Counted from the first letter of the stretch, positions 1-14,060 are shown. The stretch: 64,000 bases of DNA from Chrysomallon squamiferum (GCA_012295275.1 CM022669.1:8184001-8248000); one strand, 5' to 3'. Numbers and translations are program-made. The notes: generated from the sequence alone by a model not told the origin.

Positions 1-210
1 AGCTATTTAAAAATAACAAAGAACAAGAATTATTTTAAAAAATGCTGCTCTTCATAAATATCTGTCAGCTGACAGTTAGAGATTAATTTTTTCTTTCTGA
101 TAATTCTTAACCATTAAAATCTTTTTTCTTTTTCTTTTCTTTCTTTTTTCTTCTCCTTTTTTTAAAATATATTTTGGTTCTTTTAAATTTTATTTGACCT
201 TCCATGCCAT

Positions 211-437
211 AAAACATTTTATTATGACAATAATAATAATAATATGATGATTAATGTTATTACAAGGATGATATGGATGACAATGAAGGATTAAAATGAT
301 ATATTATGCTCATGATGATGATTATGATGTAGATATTGACAAGTATGATATAATGATGATGTTAGAGATGATAGAGATGATACAGCAACAAAAATATTAA
401 CATCAACAATAACACTAACACTAATAGTAATAGTAAA

Positions 438-470
<33 letters not shown>
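211..470 (+). repeat. Dispersed low-complexity repeat, copy 1 (copy 2 at 15045-15296)
   Basis: AAAACATTTTATTATGACAATAATAATAATAATATGATGATTAAT..TTATTACAAGGATGATATGG..ATTATGCTCATGATGATGATTATGATGTAGATATTGACAA..ACAATAACACTAACACTA is present at both loci with small indels. Confidence 0.9.
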
Positions 471-475
<5 letters not shown>

Positions 476-887
476 CAACAACAACAACAACATAAATAAT
501 CAAATTAAAAATAGAAACTTAAAATAACAATTAACAGTTAAAAAATATATAAACAACAAATAAAGAAGATAGTCTTGGCTCATTTACTGCCGAATCAGAT
601 CAAGAATCAGAGAAACACAAATTTGGTAAATAAAAAAAAACTGAAGAACATGTGGAATGGATTTGTAGAAAACAAAATGTGCAGAGATTTGAAAAATCAG
701 CAAACAAGTGATGTGAAAATCAGGAAGAACACTATGGAGAGATAAACAAGAGACAGACAAACTTTCAGAAAACTCACTGAAAAATTGCTATAAAAATCAG
801 CATGAAAGTTACGACAGGAATCAATTAAATATCACCAAATATTGATATCAAGCAAAAAAATAAACAACAACAACAATCTTAATAATA

Positions 888-981
888 ATAATTGTTTGCT
901 TGTCTAACCACACCCTGGCACCCAAAATTGGCTATAATTGTTTGCTTGTCTAACCACACCCTGGCACCCAAAATTGGCTAT
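888..981. repeat. Perfect 46-bp tandem duplication
   Basis: ATAATTGTTTGCTTGTCTAACCACACCCTGGCACCCAAAATTGGCT occurs at 888-933 and 934-979. Confidence 0.95.
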
Positions 982-1196
982 TGGGTATAATAATAATAAC
1001 GATGATGATGATGATGATGGTGTTGGTGTTGATATTAATAATAATAATAATAATAATAATTGTAATAATAACAAAAATAAAATAAAATAAAATAAAATAC
1101 AAATACAATAATAATTCAAAAAAATCATATAACAGTGAAATGTCATATATGTTTCTGCAGAAAAGCATGAAACAATAAATCACAGAAGAATTTGAG

Positions 1197-1228
<32 letters not shown>

Positions 1229-2309
1229 ATTATCATAAAAAAAGCAGCAGTGATTCAGCAGCAGATAATCAGAAAGGCTGAGATTTACCACTGTGTAATT
1301 AAACGTGGCCACACTTGACCGATCAGCCGGAACCATCAACAGTGAGTGATATGAATACTGGAGTGTACAATATGAACAGTATGTGATACGAGATCCAAAT
1401 ACAGAACCTCACAGAGTTCGCACAAAAACTCTACACGAGCCTGGGTTTTATCGCCTTCCTATTTATCGTGTGTTAACCTTTTCAACAAGAGAGAATTGTA
1501 GCATTTTTTTGTCAGAGTTATTCAGTTAATGTTAACTATTTAAAACTTTTTTTTTTTTTTTCAGGTTCTGAAGGTTGAGTTGACATTCTGAGGTCTTGGA
1601 CTGTTTGTGTGATCTTTTTCCTGACAGGAAAACTAATAACAGAGACAAAAAAAAAAAAAAAAGCAGTTAAATTTGTGGATTGCTTATTGATGAGGTGAGT
1701 AAATGTGTGTTTGTTTATGTATCTCTGTACTTGTGTCTTATTTAACATGTCTGATTTACTTTTTGTTTCAGTTCTGTTATTAGTTCTGCTGGTATCATGT
1801 GATGATAAACTGATGATATTGTTGTCATCATTAGTATTAAATCCATGAGTGTTGTTATTTATATCATTATCATCTTCATCAACACCATCATGATCATTTC
1901 AGATGTCATTTTCAACATTATTATTATCATTATACAGCTTTAATAATTACAATACAACTTTGCCTTTTTCTTTTATTATTATTATTATTATTTACTATGA
2001 CTGCTACTATTGCTGCTACTGCTGCTGCAGCTACTATTGCTACCACTAGTGTTACTACTACTGCTACTACTACAACTACTAATACTGCAGATTTTCTGGC
2101 TCAGTAATTATCTGTACAAAACATCAGAAATATTCTTTAAGAGGACCAAAAAAAAAAATAACAATAATAATAAAAAAATGTAAAATTGGGTACTCTTTTT
2201 TCACTGAGCTATGTAACAGTCCAGTGACTACAAAAATAACTGTCATTCTGTCATCTGATATCATTTAATAGCAAACACCCTGATTTGTACATTAATAACA
2301 TCACCTGAC

Positions 2310-2500
2310 AGTCTGCCATACCCCCCGTGTGCAGCACAGCACATACCACAGAGTTTAACAGTCTGTCATTTGATATAATCACCTGAAACACAACACACAG
2401 TAATTACATCATTTGAACAAAAAATCTGTCACACAACTGTCATATACCTTCCCCCATCACCACTGCAGTACATACCACATACTTCTAATACCAGACTGCT
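2310..2500 (-). mobile_element. Decayed SINE core fragments (two tandem remnants)
   Basis: CAGCACAGCACATACCACA (2332-2350) is the exact reverse complement of 8112-8130. A second remnant, CAGTACATACCACAT..ATACCAG, lies at about 2466-2494. Confidence 0.55.
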
Positions 2501-5299
2501 GTGTTAAATAACTATTTTTTTTGTGAGGAGGCTGAAAAAGAAACATGATCTATAATTATCTCCCACGTCTCCATATTAAAAAAGCATTTTGTATTGTAGA
2601 TGTTCACTGTGTGTTTGACTCCAAATGTTCCTCTTGTGCATTCGTTCACTGCTGACAAAATGCACACAGTAAAAAAGGTCATGTTTTTTTTTTTTTTTTT
2701 TTTTTTTTTTAATGTGATAAATGAAATGTTTTTTTGACAGCACTGAAATGACAAGCTGGTCATTAGGCAAACTACAGAAAGTCACAACATTTAATTGTTT
2801 ATGCTGTGCGTTAGGGCATACAACTGGAGTATATCGCAGGCTGAGAGCTGTGCTTTTTCTCAGGTTTACCCTTCGTGAATAAAATTTGTTTTAACATCAC
2901 CACATTGGGTATAATTTTTCTGTCTCTTAACTTTGGGATGTTAGACATGTAACTCTTCTGGTACAAAGTCTTCAGTGATACTTGCTATATTTTTTTGAAT
3001 ATATAAGCTAAAGATCTGTTTATTATTAATAGATTATGACAACACATACTATTACTTTGCAACTGTAAAGTAATATGAAAACTGCTCAAGGACTTTTAAT
3101 ACACATATATGCATTTATACATAAATACATACATATACACATGTATACACACACACACATACACATACATATACACACACCCATATAATTATGTGTGTGT
3201 GTGTGTGTGTATATCTGTATGTATGTATGTAATTCTATTTTCAGCAAGTCACTGACAATAAAAAAAAAAAAAAAAATATCTGCTGGAAAAATGTTAAGAA
3301 TTAGAATACTGTGTTAAAGTATGAATACAGTATTAGTCACAGTAAAATTACACAAAAGAAAACATTTTTTTCTCACACACCTTTTTGAAGTCACAGGTGT
3401 TACAAAACAGAAGAAAAAATATATTTAATTTCATGAAGAAGATTGAGTGTGACACAACAATCTTTTTGTCATTTTCTTTTTAATGCCATTAAACAAAAGT
3501 CATTTTTTCTCTCTTTTGTAACTACTCAGTTTTTTCACTGGACAGTGCTATGTTGATAAGTAGTGGAGATGTGTGCATTTGGTGTCAAGTTTGAACAAAA
3601 AATCATCTCTGTAATGGTAATTGTTTGTTGGAAAGAAAAAAATGTGGTGGTTAATTTAAAGTAAGTTTTAATTTTGAAAGTTAATTAATTTTTTACTTTA
3701 TTTTATTTTCCAAACTCTGGTCCAGTTGGAGTGTTTGTATTGCTTTGAACTGAACTCTGAATAAAAACAGATTTAAAAAAATAATAAATATTTAAAATAA
3801 AAAAAAAATAAAAAAAAAAAAAATAAAAAAAAATAAGAACAAATGAAAAAAAAAAAAAAAAAATGACAAATAAAATATAAACAAAAATGTGAAAAAAGAA
3901 ACAAAAATTGGAAAAAATTGTGAGAGTTTTAAATTTAATTTTTTTTGTTTTTTAAAATTTAAATTATAATGCTCCTGAAAGTGAGATTGTGAGCTCATTG
4001 TTGATTATCTGACAGAGTCAAGCAATAAATTAGCTGTTTTTTAAGTGATCACTGTTAATTCAACTTGATTTTATTCTTGAACATCTGCAGTTTCTGACTG
4101 AACAAGTGAAAAAAAGATTTTCTTTGTCTACACCCATCAGAATAATACACTTCTAATTCTGTCGACAAAAACATGTCTGGCAGTTTTAACACAGAACTTG
4201 TACACCTTTTTAAAATTTTCTTTTCTTCTTTGTCTTCTATTTTTTCCAGCCATATGTAAGTCTTGTTTTCAATGTAGAGTCTTTAGTTTTCTTCTGATTT
4301 TGTGTAAACACCACAAACTATTATTTTATTATAGAAAATTAAATAAAATAATAATAATATTTTTTTTTTTTCTTAAAGGTTAATTTACTTCTTTAGGGCT
4401 CCCTGCATACATACACACGTTAATTTAAACTGGACCAAAAATTCTGAAATCTCTTCTGTTGACACCAGATATTAAAGTCTTCACTGAAAGCATTTCCTTA
4501 GTAATGTGTTTTTTATAAGTAAAACATACATACATCAACCCCAGTCAAATTTCTACCAGCATTTTATTTAATTTTTAATTTTTTGTAACAGCATAAAGGA
4601 ATGCAGTGAAATTACACGTCATTATATTCATTTGTGAAATTCTTTGGTCTTTTCACAACAACTATTTTCTCTAGTATTTAACAATCATTACAAGTATGAA
4701 ATTTGTTTTCTCTACCTCCATAAAGGACTGCGATAAAATGACAAAAAAAACATTAAAATAATTTGTAAAAAAAACCCAACATCTTTGGTCATTTGACAAC
4801 AACACCTGATAGAAGTCATTTCCCTAGAAACCGTTTAAAGAAGAAGAAGAAGAAGAAAATGCTATTTTCTCAACCACTATCAAGATGTAACACCATACGC
4901 CATCCACACCAGAACAAGATCAACAACTGATTTGATGATGCAGTTATGAGGTAACATGATTGGGTGTGGGGATTGTTTTCTTCAATGACTTAGCCCTGAG
5001 CTCCAGGCTCTCTGTAATGTTACTGGGATACACTCACTAATGGCTGAAGGTTTTAGTTCTTTTTTTTTTTTTTTTTTTCTATATGTGTCTGTTAGTTGTC
5101 AATCTAAACCTGATTTGTTGCATTCAAATTGAGTTCTGATTGTGCACCATGGACTCTTTTTTTTTTCTTCTTCTTCTTTTTTCTTTCTGTTAAATTCGCC
5201 CAACCCTGAGTGACAGTAAGTGGTTTCAGATTGGAGGTTTGATTCAGGTTTTTGGTTAGAGGGGGAATGGAAAAGAGTTTCTTTAATGAGATTATTTAG

Positions 5300-5538
5300 C
5301 TGAGCTCGTTATAGCAGAGCCTGGGTTAAAAATTGAATGTGTCGTAAGAGGTAGTTTTTCTCTTCAAGAATGAACTTGTTAAAAACGGTACTGTAAAGAA
5401 AGGTTTGAAATTATATATATAATTGGAAGTAAGTATCTCTTCTTGAAAGAAAAAAAGCCTTTAAAATGACAGAAGCAGACAAAGGGTTAAAAACTGTACA
5501 TGAGTCATTAGAGATAGTTTTCTCTTACTGAAATAAAA

Positions 5539-5571
<33 letters not shown>

Positions 5572-5770
5572 AATAATGAGACAGCAGAAAAGGATTTAAA
5601 AAGGATTTATTATTATGGATAATTTTCTCTTCTAAGATTAAACTTGTTGAAAGTGATTCAGCAGGCAAAGAGTTAAAACTGAATTTACAGTCAATTTTGT
5701 TCTTCTCTTCTGCAGTGGATGAGTTTAACCTGATAATTATGTTTATCCTTCTGCAGTTAAAAGGTTAAAA
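5300..5770. repeat. Highly degenerate tandem repeat, unit about 80-105 bp
   Basis: GCAG...G(G/A)GTTAAAA(A)(C/T)TG motifs recur at about 5314, 5475 and 5661. TAGTTTTTCTCTTCAAGAATGAACTTGTT (5352) matches TAATTTTCTCTTCTAAGATTAAACTTGTT (5620). Confidence 0.6.
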
Positions 5771-6779
5771 TATTTGTGAGTTTTTTTTTTTTTTTGCTGC
5801 ACTAAATGTTACACAATGTTAATTTTAAATTTAAACGTACTAAATTTAAATATATTACTGACGGTAATAACTAATTCTGTGGAAGTGATTATGTTGTTAA
5901 GAGTAATTTATTTTAAAGTTTAACACTAAAAATATTTAAATTACTAAACCAGTGAAGGGGTTAAGATTGGAAATTTTATTTAATGTATTGTTCGGCCATG
6001 ATAGAGTTTAATAAAATATTACATTTTTTTTTTTTTTTTTTTTTTTTTTAACGTAATTTACACTGACTTCTCAGATACATTTTCTTGTTAAAATTGATTC
6101 TACTTACAGTATTTTCTACATTAATTTCGTGGAGATGCAGTTTTGTCAATTTTCATTTTGTTGCCAGTCTTTCTTGCCACTAATTTCACACAGAAATAAT
6201 CCACATCTGACCTCGGCTGTTTGCATTAGCATCATGTTTCCTGCATTTTATTTATTTCACAGACTGCACAGAACTAGTCTCGCAGCTTTTATTACATGTA
6301 AGATTTATTTTATAAGTGATGGTTAGATACACTTTTTATTACATGGGTCAGAGATAAAGAGAAAAAAAATGATTAAAGACATACGCATGTTAAATATGAG
6401 TTGTATTTTTTATTTTTTTTTTTTTTTTTTTTTTAATTTTTAGAGCAATAATATCACATCTGGTGTTGCAGTATTTACTTAATTTTTTAACAAATAAAAA
6501 ATTTAAATCTTTTTAGAATAAATAAAATAATCATGATAATTTTTCGTTACTGAATGTTGCCAGTGAATAATGAGTGTATAACAAATTAAAAAAAAAAAAA
6601 AAAAAAAAAAAAGAAAGAAAGAAAAAAAATGAATATAAATATACATAAATAAATAAAAAAAAAAAAAAAAACAAATAATAATAAACTAAAGAAAAAAAAT
6701 GATGAGAATTTTTGTGTCTGAAATAACCTGACTAAATTTGATTTGACATAACTCTCATTGCCTTAGGTAGATTTACTTA

Positions 6780-6920
6780 ATGTGACTTAATTAGACATGA
6801 TTAGTATTAATTTGATTTGATTTGAAGTGACTAGACTTGAATTGGTTTGACTTGATTTGACTAGACTTGGTATGACTAGACTTGGTGTGACTAGACCCTG
6901 GCTTGACTTGATTTGACTTA
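6780..6920. repeat. Degenerate pentanucleotide satellite (ACTTG/ATTTG/ACTAG)n
   Basis: Direct 5-bp periodicity, e.g. TTGACTTGATTTGACTAGACTTGG. Confidence 0.8.
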
Positions 6921-7206
6921 CCTATAGCAGAGAATTAGTGTGTTTGACTACACTTTTTCATATTAATAATAATGTGTATTAAAGCTGTATTACTTAGTCT
7001 CTGTTTTTCATTAATATGCAAATAAAACTCCATAGATCCTTTCTTGTCTTCCAAGTGTTATATACCAAAAATATTTCACACCAGCTCATAAAATAATGAT
7101 TTATAATTTCAAAAGCAATCTCATTTTAATTCATTATTTAGCTAAACCTTTTTTTTTTTGTCTTCTTCTTTTCACTTTATTATTTCATTTTTTATTATTA
7201 TTATTA

Positions 7207-7243
<37 letters not shown>

Positions 7244-7830
7244 GGTACTTTTTCATGTTCGAAAAATTTCAATTCTATCATTATTATTATTATTTTTTTT
7301 TTTTATAAGATAAATTTTCTGTTGTTTATGGCCATGGCTTAAATTGTTTATCATGTTAATTAGATTTAAAATTTTTCACTTTTTTTTTTTTTTATCTCAA
7401 TTTCGTTTTCACAAATTCTTCATGAAAGATTTGTCAATAAATTACAAAGGTGATTATATATTTTTTTTTTTTCAAGTTTGTCACTTCAGATTCAAGTGTA
7501 GGGAACAATGGTTTCAAACGAGAAAGTTTCTCAATCAGGGTTTCTTGCCAGAGACTGCTTGTTAAGACCGAAATTAGTAACAGTAAAACAGGAATAATTT
7601 AATTCAAAATAAACAACTTGACAGGCTGTATGTAATCTATGACAAAACACAAGATAATTACATTACATCCTGTTTTGACACCTACGTCAAAACCCATTGG
7701 CTTGTAAGCATCCAGTTCTTATTTACTGGAAGCGATCAATCAGGAATGAATGTTTGGTGAGAAAAATGGTTCTTGGGGGGGAAAAAAACTATTAAAAACT
7801 CATTAAGTTCTTCTGTTACCACGGTAATCA

Positions 7831-7862
<32 letters not shown>

Positions 7863-7991
7863 CACTGTTGTGAGCAGAGTAAATCAGTGTTGATGGTTTG
7901 AAACAAATGATGAGTTTTATGAAGAGTAGAAGTTAGACGTAAGACACTAACGCAGTGTTTCTGTATTTAAAGAAATCAACTTTGCCAATTC

Positions 7992-8135
7992 ATGGGGTGG
8001 GTTCTAGGTCACTGGTAAGAAGAGTTTATCTTGTTGAGTTGCAGTCTCAGTTTTTATTGAAAACTTCTCTTATTGCTTTCCTTTCCATTCGTTTGTTGTT
8101 TTAGCAAAGATTGTGGTATGTGCTGTGCTGTCCAC
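7992..8135 (+). mobile_element. Decayed tRNA-derived SINE copy
   Basis: Head-like GGGGTGGGTTCTAGGTCACTGGTAAG, then core CAAAGATTGTGGTATGTGCTGTGCTGTC. The 15-mer TGTGGTATGTGCTGT is shared exactly with 37641-37655. Confidence 0.55.
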
Positions 8136-8879
8136 CAAAAAGAGCATTGAAAAAAAAAATAAAATTAAAAAATCAAGACACACAGACATGCACACATATA
8201 GAAACACATTCACACACACAGACACACAGACACATTTATTTAAAATCAGCTCTGAAATAGTAATTATAACAATGACTAAAAATTTTAAAAATTTTAGCAT
8301 GAATTTTCTGTAACATTGTTAGCATGTTAACATGTCATCATTGTTAGTCTGTTAACAACACATACTGTGTGTAAATGTGTTAATTAGGAAATTTAGCCAG
8401 AGACAAATGTTGAATACATCACCTTTTAATCCACCATACCTTTGCAACTTTTAAACACAAGTCTGTACCATCATTTGATCACACTTCCCGTCACTTCTAA
8501 ATCCAGATACTTAATCCTGACGCAGAACTGACATCTGGTGTGGAGACTTTACAAAATTTTCAATTAACTCTGAACAGAAGTGCTTTTCAGATTTGATCCC
8601 AGTGCTTGTTGGCCTGGAGATCAAAGGCTTAACCCTGTGCGACCCCTGTGTTTTTGTTGTGTGTCGCACACACAAATCTGACAGACGCAGGGTATTAATT
8701 ACTGTTATCTCACTCTGTGAGATACCTGTGTGAGATAACATCTGGTTTGTGTATGGGTACTGGAAGATGGAAGTTTTCACAATATCACTGTAGCTCATAG
8801 TTTAATGTCTTTACCCCTAGAGGTGTTAAATTTCATTACTCTCAAATTTCAGGTATTTAATGTTTCTTGTGTTCAGTGC

Positions 8880-9730
8880 AATCTTCAATTAAATATTAAT
8901 TTTTTTATTTTATGTAACAACACCATCAGAACATTCAGATTAGCTTAATAAAATTACTGTTAGAGGATATTCAATGACAAATATTTAGTATTTATTTCAT
9001 GTATACACTGTTCATTTAAATATTAATGTTTATTTTATGTACCAACACCATGTTTAATTTTTATGTAACATTTAATATTTATTTCATGTATACACTGTTC
9101 ATTTAAATATTAATGTTTATTTTATGTACCAACACCATGTTTAATTTACTATTAGAAATTACCTGTTAACTAACATTTAATATATTTTTCATACACAGTT
9201 CAGTTAAATATTGATGTTTATTTTATGTACTAACACCATCAATACATAGATTTGTTTTATTTACTATTAGAAATTACCTCATAACTAATATTTAATATAT
9301 TTTTCATACACTATTCAGTTAAATGTTAATGTATATTTTATAAAGAATACCTTCAAAACATATATATTAATTTACTGAAATTAGTGTTACTAGTGTATTA
9401 GAAATTATTCAGTGACAAGTATTTAATATATGTTTTTATACATCTGTTAAATATTAATGTTTATTTTTACATAACAATACTGTCACAACACAGAAATTAA
9501 TTTAATCATATTACTATTAGAAATTATTCAATGACAAATATTTAATATGTTTTTTATAGATCTATTAAATATTAATAAGTTTAATTTACATAAGGATACT
9601 ATCAATAAACATACTTTAATCATATTAGGGGTTATTTGATAACAAATATTTTACATGCTTGCTAAATATTAATGTTTATTTTATTAACAACCACACCTGA
9701 ACATACAGATTAGTTTTGATGATATTATAA
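8880..9730. repeat. AT-rich degenerate satellite, about 8 units of 87-120 bp
   Basis: Core TTAAATATTAATGTTTATTTTATGTA(C/A)CAACACCAT recurs. Two near-identical units sit 87 bp apart (8994 and 9081), with more diverged copies at about 8890, 9205, 9320, 9447, 9565 and 9663. Confidence 0.85.
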
Positions 9731-9809
9731 GAACATTTGTATCAGTTACAAGTCACGTATCATCACATGTCAAACACTGAATGTTATGTAAACACTGTTA
9801 AGTAAAATA

Positions 9810-10589
9810 CAGTGATGCCTTGACTTGCGAGTTTAATTCGTTCCCTGACCCAGCTCGTATCTCAATTTGCTCATATGTCAAATCAGTTTTCCCAACTGAA
9901 ATTAACTGAAATACCATTAATCTGTTCCAGCCCTGCAAAAAACCACCCCATTTTTTTTTTTTTTTTTTTTTTAATGTGTTTTTAAATAAGAAAAATATAT
10001 TTATAAATGACAAAATGTATAAAAACAAAATAAAAGAGAATGTAAAGAAATAAATTGGTTTTGTAAATTGTATTTATCTTGGAGATCAGACAAATTATTT
10101 TAACGCCTTTGGCTGGAGTTACAGCCTTTATTGACTGCTTCAGCTTCAGCATGGTACATATCACATAAGTACTATGCTCGTACTGCCTAACCAAGTTGAC
10201 TACATGCACACCTCGCTAATGTTTTTCTATGAATTCAAGCTTTCATTCAATGGACATCATTTCCTTCTTTTTCTCAGCACTGTCCTTTGCACTCACTTTC
10301 TTACGATCCATGGTCAGAAAAAAGAAATTTGGCAAAATACTGCAAAAAATGCAAGAACAAAACAACAGAGATGCTTCTGCAACAAGGTAACCATGTGAAG
10401 TAAACAAGTGAGATGTGGGATGCTGGCCGGATGTTGTGTTGTTCGTTGCACCAACTAGTGGTGGCATATCTGAAGCTCGCTTGTAACTCAGATTTTTGCT
10501 CACAACTCAAAGCAAAAAATCAACTGGGTGACTGCTCGTAACTCTAAAAAACTCGTAAGTTGGGGCACTCATAAGTCGAGGTACCACTG
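9810..10589 (-). mobile_element. Non-autonomous Tigger/pogo-type (Tc1/mariner superfamily) DNA transposon, internally deleted
   Basis: TA|CAGTGATGCCTTGACTTGCGAG at the left end and CTCATAAGTCGAGGTACCACTG|TA at the right end. The TIRs match at 17/22 positions, both are flanked by TA, and a transposase remnant lies inside on the - strand. Confidence 0.92.
10093..10311 (-). pseudogene. Tigger-family transposase N-terminus (CENP-B/psq-type HTH), two in-frame stops, truncated
   Basis: One frame from ATG 10311 reads MDRKKVSAKDSAEKKKEMMSIE*KLEFIEKH*RGVHVVNLVRQYEHSTYVICTMLKLKQSIKAVTPAKGVKII, joining track ORFs 10243..10503 and 9982..10209. It matches the Tigger/TIGD1-like pattern (IExKxEIIEKHExGVRVxDLARQY..STSTICTILK). 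Confidence 0.9.
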
Positions 10590-11454
10590 TATTAAAATTT
10601 GTTTGTTGACACCTCAGTACTTTTCTGCCACTGATTAATTTGTTATCAGAGTTATTGGATCTCACAAGTTATGAAGTAACATTTGTCTATTTCAGTGAAG
10701 CAATAAAACCACAGGCTTATCTTTTTTCTTTTTAGCTGATTTCAGATGTTTAATATTTCTGATATAACAGTAAAAATAAAAAATACAATTTCAATGAATA
10801 AAACTTGACAGATTAATCTTTTGATCAGGAGTTAATCGATGTCAAATGTTAGCATTTTTGACACAGAAGTTGCAAGATAACATATGATTATTTCAGCAAG
10901 AAGCCGAAACCCAGAGATTAATAAAACAACTATCAGGGATTACTGGGTGTCAGTGTTTAATACGTCTAACATCTAATTACAATTTATTTATTCTTTCTGT
11001 GCTTGAAATACTAAAACTCAAAGCTCAGTTTTTTAATCGTGGGTTTCTGGATGTCAGGTTTAAATGTTCTAACCTACACTTAAACAAAGAAATTTGTTTT
11101 GACATTTTTTCCTGATAGCTATAACTGATTCAATATTCTGACATTCAGTCTTAACAACAAAAAAACCTGGCTACAAGCCATTAAAAAAAAAAAAAAAAAA
11201 AAAAAATAAAAATTATCTTACAACAATCAGTAAAAGACTTTGCTATTAGTTACGGGTCACTGGATGAAACAGAAGTAACGTAATGTGTCAGTCAAGAAGG
11301 ATAGATCTTATAACCTGTCATACATCAGGTTACTGCTGTAACCACTGAACAGCAGTTTGTTTTGTGGAACAGTAAAACGATTCGGTGGTGAAATAAAAAT
11401 ACTTCAACAAACCCAGACACACACTAGAAATAACTTGATCTGGATGATTTAGAA

Positions 11455-11555
<101 letters not shown>

Positions 11556-11894
11556 ATAAAATTAGTAACACGATCCAAATCAGTAGAAATTATAAATATT
11601 TTAAATATGTAAAAATAAAATATTACAAAAAATTACAGTGGTACAGTATTAGAAATACAATTACCACAGTGTGTTATACAGGCCTGTCAGCCATGTTGTT
11701 TTATTAGGTGTTTAAACTGAACATGTCCACCCTTTAGGCTTCTTGTCAAAATATTTACAAATAAATTTCATCAAAGAAATTTTAATTTTTAAACGTTTTT
11801 CAAAGATCCTTTCAGAAAAGTGAAAAGAGATTTTATAGCCTTTGTAAACAAAGAATAATAATAAGAAAAAATAAATAAAAAGGACTGCCAAAGT

Positions 11895-12160
11895 ATTTAT
11901 AATACAACTACTTCTGCAGAAACTACTGTAACTGCTATTACTTTTATTATTACTGCTACAACTACTGATGCTACTAATATTACCGTACTAGTGCTATTAT
12001 CAGTACTTTTATTACTGATACCACTTCTACTGCAATAACTACTACTACTATTACTGCTTCTATTTCCAACTACTACCATTACTAATACTACTGCTACAAA
12101 AATTAATAATAAAACTAATTATAATAATTATGATGATTATGACGATGATGATAATAAATA
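11895..12160. repeat. Degenerate trinucleotide tract (ACT/ATT/GAT)n
   Basis: 3-bp periodicity, e.g. ACTACTGTAACTGCTATTACT. Similar tracts lie at 1970-2090, 14640-14800 and 37800-38000. Confidence 0.8.
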
Positions 12161-12614
12161 ATTTCAAAAATAAATAAAACAGAAAATATTGTCCTAAATC
12201 CTATCTCAATTTATTTTCTGAATTTTATTCTCCCTTTTCAAAACTATTTTTTTCTCTTTTTTAATTAATTTTTTTTATATATTTTTTTTTATTCCATTGT
12301 AACTGACATGTAATTTCTGCATGTACCAGTAATGACAGACATTATGTGCAAGCTGATAAGATCACAGTGGAACTTGTTTACTCCAAACATGCTGATCATG
12401 TACACTGACATTTGTAACAGAAAGAAACGTCCTCAGGGGGTGGGTCCACGATTTCTGTAAGGATGAGGGGGTGGAGGCATCAACATAACGTGTGAATAAA
12501 ATTTTGAAGACAAAAAACATCTGTGTTTTCTGTCTGAACAAGATTATTTAAACTTACTCATTAATTTCTGTGATTGTGTCATAAAAATATGTAGAAAATG
12601 AAAAAAAAAAAAAT

Positions 12615-12654
<40 letters not shown>

Positions 12655-13078
12655 TTGTGAAAAGTTGATAATAAAGGGTATACATTGCTCAGTGACTTTG
12701 TGTACCTTACATTGAAAGTGGTCTTGCACTCTGAGTTGGAGGGAAATATGAACTTTTGACTGCAGTGAGAGATATTAAAGTTTATTACACTGTATAGATT
12801 ACCAGTTTTTTTTATACAGTAGCTTGTCAGCAATCATATAAGTGTAAATCATAGAAACTGCAAAAAATATAGTTTAAATTATAATTTTCAGGTTTTACTG
12901 GGTTTCTTGCTAGTTCATTTTTATATATAATTTTATCAGGTTTATTTTTCTTTAATTTTTATTTTTGAGTGCCACTTTTTAACATTTAAAATATGTGTCA
13001 AGTATATCTGTGAATGCAGACCTAAACCATCATAGATAAAAATTATTTACCATGGAGTGTAATTAAATCAGTCTCAAA

Positions 13079-13357
<279 letters not shown>

Positions 13358-13865
13358 GTGTGAAATCAAACTGAAATGGACTCAAAACAAAAATTCCTGG
13401 AGAATAATGTGAGATAATTAAAATCAGATTAATAATTGTTTTATTTAAATGCTATGTTTGTCACATCTGTCGTCAGTCTGTCAGTGAATGATCACTCTCT
13501 AATTTAGATACACTATGATAAATCTGCACATATAATGTATCAACGTACAGGGGTTCAAATTAAACAGTGGTGAGGTGTTTGCATATTATACTGGGATTTG
13601 AATTTATTTTTAAAATAACCAGCCTATTGTACTTCAGCTACAGGTAAAGTCATCACTCTGTCAGTGAGCTGTTGTTTTCTAATTTAGATATGTTATTGTG
13701 ACAAATGAAGACATGCCTGTAAAGGTGAAATTATGGAACTGTCAGGTATTTTCTGTTTTATTCACAGAGGGATGGGTATTTGTTATTTGTTGAAAACGTA
13801 TATTATTTACTTGTATTAATTGTGTTTTGAACAAGTGAACAGTGTCAATGAATGATTACTTTCTG

Positions 13866-13902
<37 letters not shown>

Positions 13903-14059
13903 TGCAAACTTGTTTTAAACTGTGTAAGGCATTATAGTTTGATTACTGGTAAGTTAAAGTTTCTTTTCACTTTTCAGATAATCCAGCAATGAAATATTTT
14001 ATTTAAAATCATTTTAAAAGTTTGTATTTACATAGCTATCTGTCTGTCTGAATATCTAC

Positions 14060-14060
<1 letters not shown>

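Noticed and set aside
4770-5050. Further very faint SINE-like remnants (also about 27540, 51800-51970 and 57025-57125)
   Set aside because: Similarity is too weak to support by eye without a profile search.
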